DNA of 64,000 nt from Eledone cirrhosa (GCA_964016885.1 OZ024743.1:355570001-355634000); one strand, 5' to 3'; positions 37,288-50,751 are shown, numbered from the stretch's first letter. The notes: generated by a model not told the origin, from the sequence alone. Numbers and translations are program-made.

Positions 37288-39110
37288 CTGATATATTCCA
37301 TTACTTATTTTTTAGTTTAGGTTCTTTTGTTTACCAACATTATTATTATCATCATTATTATCATTGGTTTTTGATGACTCTTTATTCTAGCTCTCATAAT
37401 CTTTTGGCTACTGTACCATATCTATCTTCTTACGCATTAAATTTTCACTATTAACACATTATGAATATATATAAGATTATATATTTTACGCTAGTTATTT
37501 TATTTTATTTTTATTTTTATTTTTATTTTTATTTTTATTTTTATTTTTATTTTTATTCCGATTCTTCTTTGGATACCCCCCCCCCCCCCCATGCGCACAT
37601 AAACTTATTATCAACCCCTCCAAATTGACTATGATTATATCTAAACCCCCCTCTTTTACGCTCCTTTCTATTATTTAATATAGTATATCGACTACGATTT
37701 TATGCCCCTATGCATCCTCCATATATTTCTTCATTTCTGTGCCTATTAGCCTACCTTAATTCTGCTTAAGTCAGTTTTTTAGATATCGTTATGTATATGA
37801 TAGTAAAAAATTTCATTCCTTTTTGTAAATATTTGTAACGAAATATTAACGTTTATAAACTTTAATTACTTAAACTATAGCTAATATTATACTGCCTTAT
37901 TGGATATTGTAAATATTTTTAATATTAATTTACCAAATAGGGTTTTCGAGTCATTTACAGGGGTTGTTTCCTTAGTTTTTACTTAACTGCATGTGAGACC
38001 TAAATGTATACGTTTGTTTTTGTTTTTTAATTTCCGGTTGATTCTATTTATTTATTTTATTCTATATTTTATATTTTATATTTTATTTGTAATACTACTG
38101 TGCATTATATTTACTGTCTGGCCCTTACTCACTCATCCACATGCATATCTGTTCACCAACCTTGTAATTATAAGTAATTATATATTATATTATGTTAATT
38201 TATTTTATATAATATATTATATTATATTGTATTTTTTATTTGTAATATTGATCCTTATTACTTACCGTTGATTATATGTAACATTATGATATGTTAAACT
38301 TTATATATCATGTAAGATGTTTGTATTTTTTTGTACCATCATAATTTTTAGGGTATTGTACAATTTATTTTTCCTCACCTACTCTGTAACCCAGTATGAA
38401 TTGATTTGTTAACTTGAGTACCATTATATATTGTATATTATAAATGTTAGTATATTGTATATTATAAATGTTAGTATATTATTATTATAGTATTATTGTG
38501 ACATCTATATTGTTTGTGTAAATTAACCGGAGATTATCTATTCTATTATATTATATTATATAGTATATAATTGTATTGTTTATTATTTATTATATGTGCT
38601 ACTTATAATTATATCATATTATTACCTCATGTATATTGGGTAGATGTATTAGTATTATTATTATTATTATTTTCATTCCTATCATGCTTATTTTTATATT
38701 CAAACTCTTAATAAGGTTTAATTTGTGCAGTTGAAGATGGATATGTGTATTGTTGTATGTGTATGTGTGTGTACGTGTGCGTACATATATACATATGCAT
38801 ATTGTACCTTTTGATTTTTATTGTAATTTTAATATTGGTAAAGGTATAATATATTATATTACATTGTATTATATATAATTCCTGCTCTATATAACCACCT
38901 TTGTTTAGCTCTAGGTTTTTTTGCTTTGGACTATATTTGTAATATGGTTCTTAATGTTATATACATCCTTAGTAATTTTTATTATATATTTTTATTATTT
39001 TTATTATATATTTTTACCCATAATCTTGCAATACTTTAGTGTATGTACACTCCATATTCTTCGGAGCTTCCGGCTTCTATCTGCCGACATTACTTCTTGT
39101 TGTTTTAATT

Positions 39111-39148
39111 GCCCTGATGAGTCCTTAATAGGACGAAACATTGTCGGC
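39111..39148 (+). ncRNA. Minimal hammerhead ribozyme (inverted arm)
   Basis: GCC-CTGATGA-GTCC TTAATA GGAC-GAAA-CATTG-TC^GGC; canonical core and GUC cleavage site. Confidence 0.88.
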
Positions 39149-39200
39149 TAATAAAGACTTTTGATGTATTGAAGGCTTCTTTGTTTTACTTTCTTAATTT

Positions 39201-39258
<58 letters not shown>

Positions 39259-39434
39259 AGAGCAGAGAGATAGAGAGAAAGAGAGAGTGAGAGGAAGAGA
39301 AGGAAAGAGATACTGGATGGATAAGCAAGAAGATGTGTGGTCTATATATGCATAATGTTGAATCGTGAGAAGAAGATGTAAACGAGATGGAGGGGGAGAA
39401 AGAAAAGGGAAAGTAGTCATTAAATATATATACA

Positions 39435-39479
<45 letters not shown>

Positions 39480-39599
39480 TGTATATATACGTATACATAA
39501 ATATATATATATACACACATATATATATACATATATATACATATATATATAAATGTATATATACACATATACATATATATGTATACAGATATCTATATA

Positions 39600-39690
<91 letters not shown>

Positions 39691-39692
<2 letters not shown>

Positions 39693-40696
39693 TAGCGGCT
39701 TCCCGTCTACATTAGTGATCCCCTCTGGCTTCTCAACATTCTCTACCAGATATGTTGTTTAAGTCTCATTCATTCTCAGCCCCACACTCATCGACACAGT
39801 CTCAACCTCCTGCATCAAATCCTCTGTCTCCTTCACTGTATTTGTCACCAAAACTATGTCGTCGGCAAATTCAGCATCTGATACCTTTTTCGCCTTAACT
39901 CTCCTGCTCTGTGCCGGTGCTACAGTAAAGCCAGAGTCCTGGTGTTTCTCCAGTGCAAGGCGCATACAATAGTCCACTACGATGATAAAAAGGTAGGGAG
40001 CCAATGTATCTCCCTGGAGCACTCCAGCCAGTATATCAAAGAACTCTGTCATCCCATCAGGTGTAATGACTTGGGCTTTGGTGTTGGTGTAGAGCAGTGA
40101 TATCAGGTCCACTATCTTCTTGGTTGAGGACTTCCTGTATTTGGGAGCAAAGATTGGGAATACGGAAGATGATGTGGTTGAGAGGAAGAGCAAAGCCAGG
40201 GCGGCGTGCCACAGCTTGAGATCGGTGTAGAAGTCGGACCTTCGTAAAGACCTGAAAATCCGCCTCTTCATTGCTGTAGTGGAGTCTGTGCTGCTGTACG
40301 GGTCTGAGACTTGGACACTGACCAAGAAACTCACTCAGATGATGGATGGGTGCTACACGAGAATGCTGAGGATGGCTCTGAACATTAATCACTAAATACT
40401 GAGGATAAAAAACTCAGAGCTGTATGGGAGCCTCCCAAAAGTCAGCTCAAATGTGACACAGAGGAGACTGAGGTTAGCTGGACATGCTCACCGACATCCA
40501 GAGTTGACATTGCACTCAATGCTCCTGTGGGAGCCCCTACATGGACATACTGGAAGGGGAAGACCAAGGTTAACGTATGTTGATGCCCTAAGGACAGATA
40601 CTGGTCTGTTGGAGACGCAGGACCTGGCAACGATAATGAGGGACAGAGACCGCTGGAGAGAACTCGTCCATGGATCTCGGGAATTTTACCCGCCCT

Positions 40697-40698
<2 letters not shown>
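39691..40698 (+). mobile_element. RTE-group LINE 3' fragment with a 5' inversion
   Basis: Minus segment 39691-40121 (GVLQGDTLAPYLF, FADD, ends DGKPLE) and plus segment 40123-40698 (VEDFLYLG, LLYGSETW, RLAGHAHRH, GRPRLTYVD); (TA)n on both sides. Confidence 0.85.
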
Positions 40699-40732
<34 letters not shown>

Positions 40733-41161
40733 TTATCTATAAAAGGCAGATTGTTGTTGATGTGTGTGTGTCTGTGTGCATGTTCCATGTTTATACATTT
40801 GCACAATTTTGAACCGATTCGACTCGAAATCTGTAAGAATGTTGTAAATGGTCTATTTTAGGTCAATGACTATTTATTTCATTCAAACTCAGTATGTGTG
40901 TGCATGTGGATGTATGTATTGTGTGTGCGTGTGTGTGTGTGTGTGTGTGTATGTATGTGGGTATCTGGATGTATGCGTATGTGTATATATATATATATAT
41001 GCGTGTGTGTGTGTGTGTGTGTATATATATGTGTGTGTATGTGTGTATATATATGTGTGTGTGTGTGTGTGTGGATGTTTGTATGTGTGTATGTATATAT
41101 ATATGTGTGTGTGTATGTATGTGTGGGGGTGTGTGTGTGTGTGTATATATATATATGTGTG

Positions 41162-41196
<35 letters not shown>

Positions 41197-41235
41197 ATGT
41201 ATGTGTGTATCTGGATGTATGTGTATGTATATATA

Positions 41236-41288
<53 letters not shown>

Positions 41289-41361
41289 ATGTGTATATAT
41301 ATGTGTGTGTGTGTGTATGTGTGTATGTATATGTATGTATGTGTGTGTGTATGTATGTGTG

Positions 41362-41402
<41 letters not shown>

Positions 41403-41750
41403 GTATATGTATGTATGTGTGGATGAAGGTATGTGTGTATATATAGGTGTAAGTGCACTAAATCCTTTTCTATCACGCTCCACTCTCCTACCCATCACAG
41501 GAAGATATGTGTGTGTATATTGCTTCCACCCCCTCACTGACCAGCAGCTGGCGATTGCTAAATCTGACCTTTATAAAATAACCCACACCCCAAATAACTT
41601 CTCATTCACTACCAGAAAGGGACACAGCAGTCAACCTGTTGTTGCTACCTAGATGAAAACTGCTATGAAATCCCACAATGAATTTTATACTTGAATTTTC
41701 AAGTCTCAAATTTTAACTCTTCGTATTATTAATTTTTCTTAATATTAATC

Positions 41751-41798
41751 AACATTTGAAAAGATGGCTTTTGCAGACCCATCGAAACCGGTCATTTT
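41751..41798 (+). ncRNA. Hammerhead variant with U3-A8 core in the 5' pLTR
   Basis: AACAT-TTGAAAA-GATGG..CCATC-GAAA-CCGG-TC^ATTTT; palindromic stem III ACCGGT; stem I has one mismatch. Confidence 0.7.
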
Positions 41799-41967
41799 TT
41801 ATACCCTTTATTATTTCCTTACCTTATAAAATTATGTTTTTTCACAAAAAAGTATTCTGTCTCTTATATATTCCATGTGCCATTACCAACCTCAATTTTC
41901 TCTATAACCTTCGTTTTGTGTAGAAAATTACACTTTTCATATATACTAACCTACGCAAATCCGGAAA

Positions 41968-44900
41968 ATGGCACTGGAACAAGACAACACCACTTCAAAC
42001 TCCAATATCAATGAGGAAATCCTGAAAATCCTAAAAGAGATAAATGGAAAACTCACCATTCTGACAAAAAAACAGGATATACCCCAAACCACCACACCGA
42101 CTGACAACCAAATTTATTTAAACGTTCAAAACGTATGCAACTCCATCGAAAAACTTATGAATACCAACACAGAACAAACGACATTGCTCCATATCAAAAA
42201 CCAAATGGGATACCTCTGGAAAAAACATCTAAAAACCAGAAAATTCACTTTCTGGAATATGATAAAAAACCTCAACAAAGCTGGAATTTACCAAAAATGG
42301 ATTAACTCAACACCGATAGTTTTACCACGTAAATCCCAAATAAAGCATATTACAAACGAACCTGAACCAGAAAGAAAACTCCGTGAACAAATGTCACTCA
42401 ACAGGATAAACATGGAAATAGAACTCCTAAAATTAAGGGCCACCTCAAACGAGCAAGAGTATAAGGATACTGATAAAAATATGGAGGAAGAATGCACTAA
42501 AAAGGCCGAGGGAACAACCCTACAAAATTTAATCAAATCGTGGAAACAGGACTGCGAGAATGCAGAAATTATTTCCCTTAAACGGTGGGAAAAATCCGAA
42601 AACTGGTTCCTCAAATATGAAGAAGACTTTAAAAGGACGCACCAAACAGGTAACCCCTTTATAAAGCATTTGAACATAACAAGAACTACAACAGACACAT
42701 TTACACCACCAAACCCAACACACACTAACCACAGGCACATCCCCCACCAACACAAACCAAATACGGCCAACTACACCAAAAGAAACACACCCAACCACCA
42801 CAACACAGGTTTCCGTAGAAATGCCCCCTACATAAACCAACGACGAAATAACATAGATCCAACTCACAACACACACACCACATTCCTCAGAAGAAATCCA
42901 CCCAGGCCACTTGAAATCACAACAGAACTTACCCACAACCACACCAGACATCACCCTCAATCCAACAAAAGACAACCCCCCAGCCTCAACACTCTGTACC
43001 ACAGAAATAACGCACCCAGACCACATGAACCAACAACAGAATCCTTGCTCATCAACAACCACAACACATACCACCCCCACCATCACATTCACCCTCATGA
43101 AACAACAAGCTACAGACCCACACGCAACAGACCAACAAAATATAATCACACACAAAACTACATTCCTTTTTTAGGGAAAAGCCTGAAATACCAGGATACT
43201 CGATGGCCCCCCCCTCAGGAGAAACCAAAAATAATCAACCTCTCAAAGACACCTCTAACCAACACACAAATCAACATTTTAAGTAAGGGCCTGAAATTTA
43301 CACCTACACCACGTAAACCAAACTTCCCCGAAATGAAGGATGACATCATGGAATACTGCCGAAAGCTGCGACTAACGGAATTCTTCCACAACGACACCAA
43401 CACTGAAGACGAATCACTGGTTAGAAATAAAAGCAATTTCTGCCCACAAAAGGGAAGAAATAAAGCACTGGACACGTACTGCGAACACATCACCAACTTT
43501 CCCTATGAAAAAATTACAAATAAACACACGAAATCAAACCTATCTACACACGAATGGGAAGAATTATTCACACTTAGAAACAACCCTGAGATAACTATCA
43601 AAGAAGCCGATAAAGGCAGTACTGTTGTGATTATGAATACGGACTACTATAGGACCCTCGCACTTAACATTTTAGAAAACAACACATACTATGAAAAAAC
43701 AGAAAACTACAAACACACCAAAACAATGGGGAACCTTTTGACCTTACTGAATAAATACCGCAACAGCTTAACCACAAAAGAGTTTAACTATATAAGCCAC
43801 TTCAAATGCAATACAAGCTCTTTTTACGGCTTACCGAAACTTCACAAATGTAAACCCATAAACGATGCATGTGACACCTCAACCAACAATTACATTGAAC
43901 TAACACCACCAGAAGACCTAAAACTCAGGCCAATTATAGCAGGCCCTACATGTGAAACCCACAGACTTAGCAACTTTCTGGACATCCTACTGAAACCCTT
44001 TCTACAACATATACAGAGCTACATACGAGATGATCTTGACATGCTGAAACACCTCCCTAAAACAGTAAGTGCAAATACAATTCTTGTCTCCTTTGACGTA
44101 ATAAACCTCTACACAAACATACCTCACAACTATGGAATAACAGCAGTCCAATACTGGCTTAACACACACCCATCAGAAATACCGACACGCATCAACACAG
44201 ATTTTATCACTGACGGACTCCGCTTTATCCTACAAAATAACTACTTCACATTCAATGGTTCAACATACAGACAAGTATCAGGTACGGCAATGGGCACGAA
44301 AGTAGCACCCACATATGCCAACCTAGTCATGGGATTCCATGAACAACAAATATACAGTCAGTCCCTTCTCTTATTTGGAGACTCTTTCCACACACACCTC
44401 AAAGCCAATTGGAAAAGATATCTAGACGACTGCTTTATCCTATGGCAAGAAGACATGAACTCACTTACTACGTTTAAAAACATGATAAACAACATAGATA
44501 ATAACATACAATTCACAATGGAATCCAATCCTAAGGAATTAGCCTTCTTGGATATTCTCATCTCTGTAATAGACGGGAAATTAGATACAGATATATTCTA
44601 TAAACCCACAGATTCCAAGCAATACCTCTTTTTCACATCAAGTCACCCAAAACATACAAAACTTAACATTCCTTACAATTTGGCCAAACGTATATGTACC
44701 ATAGTATCAGATCCACCTAAACGGGAGCAAAGACTAAAGGAACTAAAAGACACCCTTATCTTAAGAGCCTTTCCACTTGAAATAATCAACAATGGAATAG
44801 ACAGGGCAAAACACCTAAATCCCCATCAACTTAACAATCCAAAACAGAAAACCACACTCAACACCCTGCCATATGTATCCACTTTCAACCCCAGAAATAC

Positions 44901-45480
44901 CGAAATGTTTGATCACCTACACAAAAACCTCCCCATCCTACTTAAAGATGTAAAAATGAAGTCTATTCTTGAAACACACAAGATCCTTAAAAGTAAAAGA
45001 CAACCCAAATCACTTAAACGCATTCTCACTGGACCAAATATACCCAAACCAATCCTCAACCCTACAGTTACCAAATGTGGTAGAACAAACTGTGGAACGT
45101 GCCTCTACCTCACTGAAGGACAAACATTTACATTCAAAGATGGCCAAACATTTACAGTAAAAAACAATTTCACCTGCAACTCGGAGAACTTGATTTACGC
45201 AATAACTTGCGGTGGGTGCAAACACAACTACATAGGACAGACGGGCACCTCATTACGCAAAAGAATGACCATCCACCGCCAACAAATCCGGGACGCTAAC
45301 ACAAGAAAAATCCCCTTGAGCAGCCATATTGCGAACTGCGCAGGAATGACACTACCCAACTTTAAAATCTTCCCCTTCTACAAGTGCTCAGATTCGTTCA
45401 CACAACAACAAAGAATAAACAAAGAAAATCTATTCCTTAACAAATTTAAACCAAAACTAAACGGGTTATCACCCCAATAG
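41968..45480 (+). CDS. PLE polyprotein: N-terminal extension, RT, Cys-rich linker, GIY-YIG endonuclease (1170 aa)
   Basis: INLS..LSKGLKF, ADKG, YGLPKLHK, RPII, SFDVINLYTNIP, GTAMG, RYLDD, FLD; CGRTNCGTC linker; LIYAITC..C..NYIGQT..RKRMTIH. Confidence 0.93.
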   Translation: MALEQDNTTSNSNINEEILKILKEINGKLTILTKKQDIPQTTTPTDNQIYLNVQNVCNSIEKLMNTNTEQTTLLHIKNQMGYLWKKHLKTRKFTFWNMIKNLNKAGIYQKWINSTPIVLPRKSQIKHITNEPEPERKLREQMSLNRINMEIELLKLRATSNEQEYKDTDKNMEEECTKKAEGTTLQNLIKSWKQDCENAEIISLKRWEKSENWFLKYEEDFKRTHQTGNPFIKHLNITRTTTDTFTPPNPTHTNHRHIPHQHKPNTANYTKRNTPNHHNTGFRRNAPYINQRRNNIDPTHNTHTTFLRRNPPRPLEITTELTHNHTRHHPQSNKRQPPSLNTLYHRNNAPRPHEPTTESLLINNHNTYHPHHHIHPHETTSYRPTRNRPTKYNHTQNYIPFLGKSLKYQDTRWPPPQEKPKIINLSKTPLTNTQINILSKGLKFTPTPRKPNFPEMKDDIMEYCRKLRLTEFFHNDTNTEDESLVRNKSNFCPQKGRNKALDTYCEHITNFPYEKITNKHTKSNLSTHEWEELFTLRNNPEITIKEADKGSTVVIMNTDYYRTLALNILENNTYYEKTENYKHTKTMGNLLTLLNKYRNSLTTKEFNYISHFKCNTSSFYGLPKLHKCKPINDACDTSTNNYIELTPPEDLKLRPIIAGPTCETHRLSNFLDILLKPFLQHIQSYIRDDLDMLKHLPKTVSANTILVSFDVINLYTNIPHNYGITAVQYWLNTHPSEIPTRINTDFITDGLRFILQNNYFTFNGSTYRQVSGTAMGTKVAPTYANLVMGFHEQQIYSQSLLLFGDSFHTHLKANWKRYLDDCFILWQEDMNSLTTFKNMINNIDNNIQFTMESNPKELAFLDILISVIDGKLDTDIFYKPTDSKQYLFFTSSHPKHTKLNIPYNLAKRICTIVSDPPKREQRLKELKDTLILRAFPLEIINNGIDRAKHLNPHQLNNPKQKTTLNTLPYVSTFNPRNTEMFDHLHKNLPILLKDVKMKSILETHKILKSKRQPKSLKRILTGPNIPKPILNPTVTKCGRTNCGTCLYLTEGQTFTFKDGQTFTVKNNFTCNSENLIYAITCGGCKHNYIGQTGTSLRKRMTIHRQQIRDANTRKIPLSSHIANCAGMTLPNFKIFPFYKCSDSFTQQQRINKENLFLNKFKPKLNGLSPQ

Positions 45481-45883
45481 AATTGTCATAAAATATAAAC
45501 ACACATACGCACGGAATCACTACTATTAAAGACCAGAGACCAATTCTGTAGAATCAGGTTTATTCATTGACAGACCATGCCTTTGTGTGACCAACACATC
45601 CATGTTAAACCCTGCACGTGCACACACATATATCTATATATATATGCGCACACAGAATTCACCACTGTCGGTTGCGGGGCCCAATCTACATGAAGAACTC
45701 AATGTGATCAGAATGACTTGTATTTTAATTTCACTGCCCCAACTTCTTATATTATGGAAAAAATATATGTGTCTGTATGTATATATATATATATATATTT
45801 GAAGGCCATTTCTCTGTGTGTGGGTGTATGTATGTGTGTGTGTGTGTGTGTGAGTATGTGTGTGCATGTGGATGTATGTATTG

Positions 45884-45922
<39 letters not shown>

Positions 45923-46092
45923 GGGTATCTGGATGTATGCGTATGTGTATATATATATATATATGCGTGTGTGTGTGTGTGTGTGTATATATATGTGTGT
46001 GTATGTGTGTATATATATGTGTGTGTGTGTGTGTGTGGATGTTTGTATGTGTGTATGTATATATATATGTGTGTGTGTATGTATGTGTGGGG

Positions 46093-46184
<92 letters not shown>

Positions 46185-46223
46185 ATGTATGTGTGTATCT
46201 GGATGTATGTGTATGTATATATA

Positions 46224-46282
<59 letters not shown>

Positions 46283-46355
46283 ATGTGTATATATATGTGT
46301 GTGTGTGTGTATGTGTGTATGTATATGTATGTATGTGTGTGTGTATGTATGTGTG

Positions 46356-46394
<39 letters not shown>

Positions 46395-46742
46395 GTATAT
46401 GTATGTATGTGTGGATGAAGGTATGCGCGTATATATAGGTGTAAGTGCACTAAATCCTTTTCTATCACGCTCCACTCTCCTACCCATCACAGGAAGATAT
46501 GTGTGTGTATATTGCTTCCACCCCCTCACTGACCAGCAGCTGGCGATTGCTAAATCTGACCTTTATAAAATAACCCACACCCCAAATAACTTCTCATTCA
46601 CTACCAGAAAGGGACACAGCAGTCAACCTGTTGTTGCTACCTAGATGAAAACTGCTATGAAATCCCACAATGAATTTTATACTTGAATTTTCAAGTCTCA
46701 AATTTTAACTCTTCGTATTATTAATTTTTCTTAATATTAATC

Positions 46743-46790
46743 AACATTTGAAAAGATGGCTTTTGCAGACCCATCGAAACCGGTCATTTT
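46743..46790 (+). ncRNA. Hammerhead variant with U3-A8 core in the 3' pLTR
   Basis: Identical to 41751-41798. Confidence 0.7.
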
Positions 46791-46926
46791 TTATACCCTT
46801 TATTATTTCCTTACCTTATAAAATTATGTTTTTTCACAAAAAAGTATTCTGTCTCTTATATATTCCATGTGCCATTACCAACCTCAATTTTCTCTATAAC
46901 CTTCGTTTTGTGTAGAAAATTACACT

Positions 46927-48152
<1,226 letters not shown>

Positions 48153-48329
48153 CTGGCATATGTATGTGTGATTATTTGTGACTGTACTCATTACTACTGG
48201 TAAATATGTTAGTGTATTCTGTGTGTGATGTGGTGGTGGGAGGTAGAGGGGGCACACCAATCATATGTCTACTTTTTAAGGTGAGGGAAAGCGGTGTAGA
48301 TTGTGTGGCTGATCAAAGGTGTTGTTCTA

Positions 48330-48615
48330 ATGGTGGTGGTGGTGGTGGTGGTGGTGGCGGTAGTGGTGGTGGTGGTGGCGGTGGTAGTGGTGCTGGTGTT
48401 GGTGGTGATGGTGGTGGTAGTGGTGGCGGAGGCGGTGGTGGTGGTCATGGTGTTGGTGGTGCTGATGCTGGTGCTGGTGCTGGTGTTGGTGGTGATGGTG
48501 ATGGTGGTGGTAGTGGTGGCGGCGGCGGTGGTGGTGGTGGTGGTGGTGTGGCGGCGGCGGTGGTGGTGGTGGTGGTGGTGATAGTGGTAATGATGGTAGT
48601 GGTGGTGGTGGTGGC
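48330..48615. repeat. (GGT)n degenerate microsatellite
   Basis: GGT/GGC/GAT triplets. Confidence 0.9.
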
Positions 48616-48840
48616 GCGGTTTCAATTGTTCAATGATAGTTATAGTGCGTTGTTGGTTTTTCTTTTTTGTTAATGTGGTGGTTCCGGTGGTAGTACTTAG
48701 TGGTTCTTGAGAGTTGGTGTATTGTTGGGGTGGCGGTGATGATGGTGGAGATGGCGGTGACAGTATGTTTAGAATGTTTGTGTTAATGGTCGGGTGTGCT
48801 GGTGCAGGGTTGTGTATGTGGTTCTCGTGGTCGTGTAAAT

Positions 48841-48987
48841 CAGGCATATCAAACAAGCCCTTTATAAGCACACCTGCGGCCCGCACAAATCAGTTGTAAT
48901 GTGAGCAATTAGTTGTCGTGTGTGGCCCTGAGACAACACATATGTAACCCATGTGGTCCTCGGGAGACCCTCAGTTTGTCATGCCTG
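48841..48987. mobile_element. hAT-family MITE (147 bp)
   Basis: TIRs CAGGCATATCAAAC / GTTTGTCATGCCTG; perfect 8-bp TSD GTGTAAAT at 48833-48840 and 48988-48995. Confidence 0.88.
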
Positions 48988-49081
48988 GTGTAAATGATTA
49001 TTTGAGTGATGGCGCTGTTTTGATATTGTGATTCTAGTGGTAGTCCAAATGATTTTAGTGCGACAGTGGGGGGTGTCGATA

Positions 49082-49333
49082 TGGTGGTTTTGGTAGTAGT
49101 ACTGGTGACTGTGGTGGTTTTGGTAGTAGTACTGGTGACTGTAGTGGTTTTGGTAGTAGTACTGGTGACTGTGGTGGTTTTGGTAGTAGTATTGGTGATA
49201 GTAGTGGTTTTGGTAGTAGCACTGATGGCTGTGGTGGTTTTGGTAGTAGTTTTGGTGACTGTAGTGGTTTTGGTAGTAGTTCTGGTGACTGTGGTGGTTT
49301 TGGTAGTAGTACTGGTGACTGTGGTGGTTTTGG
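49082..49333. repeat. 30-bp minisatellite, about 8 copies
   Basis: Unit GTGGTGGTTTTGGTAGTAGTACTGGTGACT. Confidence 0.9.
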
Positions 49334-49384
49334 TGTTGTGTTAGTACTAGCGGTAGTGCAGGAGCTGGTGCAATAATGCGCCAG

Positions 49385-49964
49385 CTTCAGTATTCGATCA
49401 TCATCAGAAGGGAAATACGTGTAAAAGCCAAACCCACTATTTTCCCACTATTTTCAATTCGGTGTTCGTGCCTACCCTTACCTATGGCCATGAATGTTGG
49501 GTAGTGACCGTGAATACAAGCGGCTGAAATGGGGTTCCTCCGATGTGACATAGGAGTAACGTTACTGGATAGAGTGCATAGCTCGGAGATCAAAGAGATT
49601 TTACAAGTAGAGTCGCTACTTCTCATAATTGAGAGATCACAAATCTGATATTATAGATATAGGGCTAGAATGTCTACACCCTGGATAGATTTGACGGGTA
49701 AAGCCAACCGGCAAGAGACCCAAAGGTAGACCATGAGTATTATAGTTGGATAACATCCATGAACTCAGTTGCGGGTGGTCTTGCATGGGTATCTAGCTGG
49801 ATCAATTAGAGACGGTTGCTTTTGATTGAACCCTCTGGAGTGTGTGTCTGATGACCCTCTCCCTGAGAAGAAGAAGAAGAAGAAGAAGAAGAAGAAGAAG
49901 AAGAAGAAGAAGAAGAAGAAGAAGAAGAAGAAGAAGAAGAAGAAGAAGAAGAAGAAGAAGAAGA
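49385..49964 (+). mobile_element. RTE-clade LINE 3' relic with (AGA)n tail
   Basis: PTLTYGHECW, IQAAEMGFLR, GVTLLDRV, GKRPKGRP remnants; (AAG)n at 49866-49964. Confidence 0.7.
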
Positions 49965-50082
49965 ATTGGTGGTGATTGGAGTGTATTGGGGCAGGTTTCT
50001 GTTGTGGTATTAATGATGATACTAATTGTGTCATGTTTTTTGTTGCTGTTGATGTAGTTATTCTAGTATTAGTATTGAAATA

Positions 50083-50270
50083 ATTGTTTCTACTTTAGGC
50101 ACAAGGCCAGCAATTACCCAGTGCATTACTGGTACTTTCTTTTATCGACCCCGTAAGGATGAAAGGCAAAGTCAATCTGCGCGGGATTTGAACTCAGATC
50201 GTAAAGGGACGTAACTATGCTGGAAAGCATGGCGTCCGACCCTCTACCGATACTGCTAATCCACCGCCAT
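50083..50270 (-). mobile_element. tRNA-derived SINE (same family as 12494)
   Basis: Same core and CCTTGTGCCTAAAGTAGAAACAATTA tail. Confidence 0.8.
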
Positions 50271-50289
50271 ATTAGTATTGAAATAATGA

Positions 50290-50689
50290 CAACAACAACA
50301 ACAGCAATAACAACAATAACTAACATAACAAGAAATATATCAACATAACAATAATTATCATAACAACAACATTAACTACCATTACAATACAAACAACAAC
50401 AACAATATTGATCACAACAACAACAACAATAATTACAATAGCAACAACAAGAATAATTAACAACAAGAATAATTACTTTAACAATAACAACAGCGACAAT
50501 ATCTACAATAGCAATAAAAACATTAACAACGACAGCAAAACAACATCAACAGAAATATAAGACTAAAATAACAAATGTACCAATAATTACTACAACAGAA
50601 TTAAAACAACAAAACCAACAACAACACAACAATAACAACAAATTCAACAACAACAAAACCAACAACAACACAACAATAACAACAAATTC

Positions 50690-50751
<62 letters not shown>

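Larger units (their letters stand above)
32091..39202 (-). mobile_element. Naiad-type PLE, 5'-truncated, with a ~3.1 kb inverted duplication of its 3' part
   Basis: Minus-strand RT-GIY-YIG 36083-34076 plus a long 3' UTR; arms 32190-35277 and 36086-39200 are nearly identical; (TA)n flanks. Confidence 0.92.
40891..46935 (+). mobile_element. Intact Penelope-like element (Neptune-type) with direct pseudo-LTRs
   Basis: Near-identical direct repeats 40891-41945 and 45853-46935 around an uninterrupted RT-GIY-YIG ORF. Confidence 0.93.

Noticed and set aside
37993-38271. 92-aa membrane-like ORF duplicated at 33120-33398
   Set aside because: It starts at GTG, T-rich composition explains the hydrophobicity, and the duplication is just the inverted arm.
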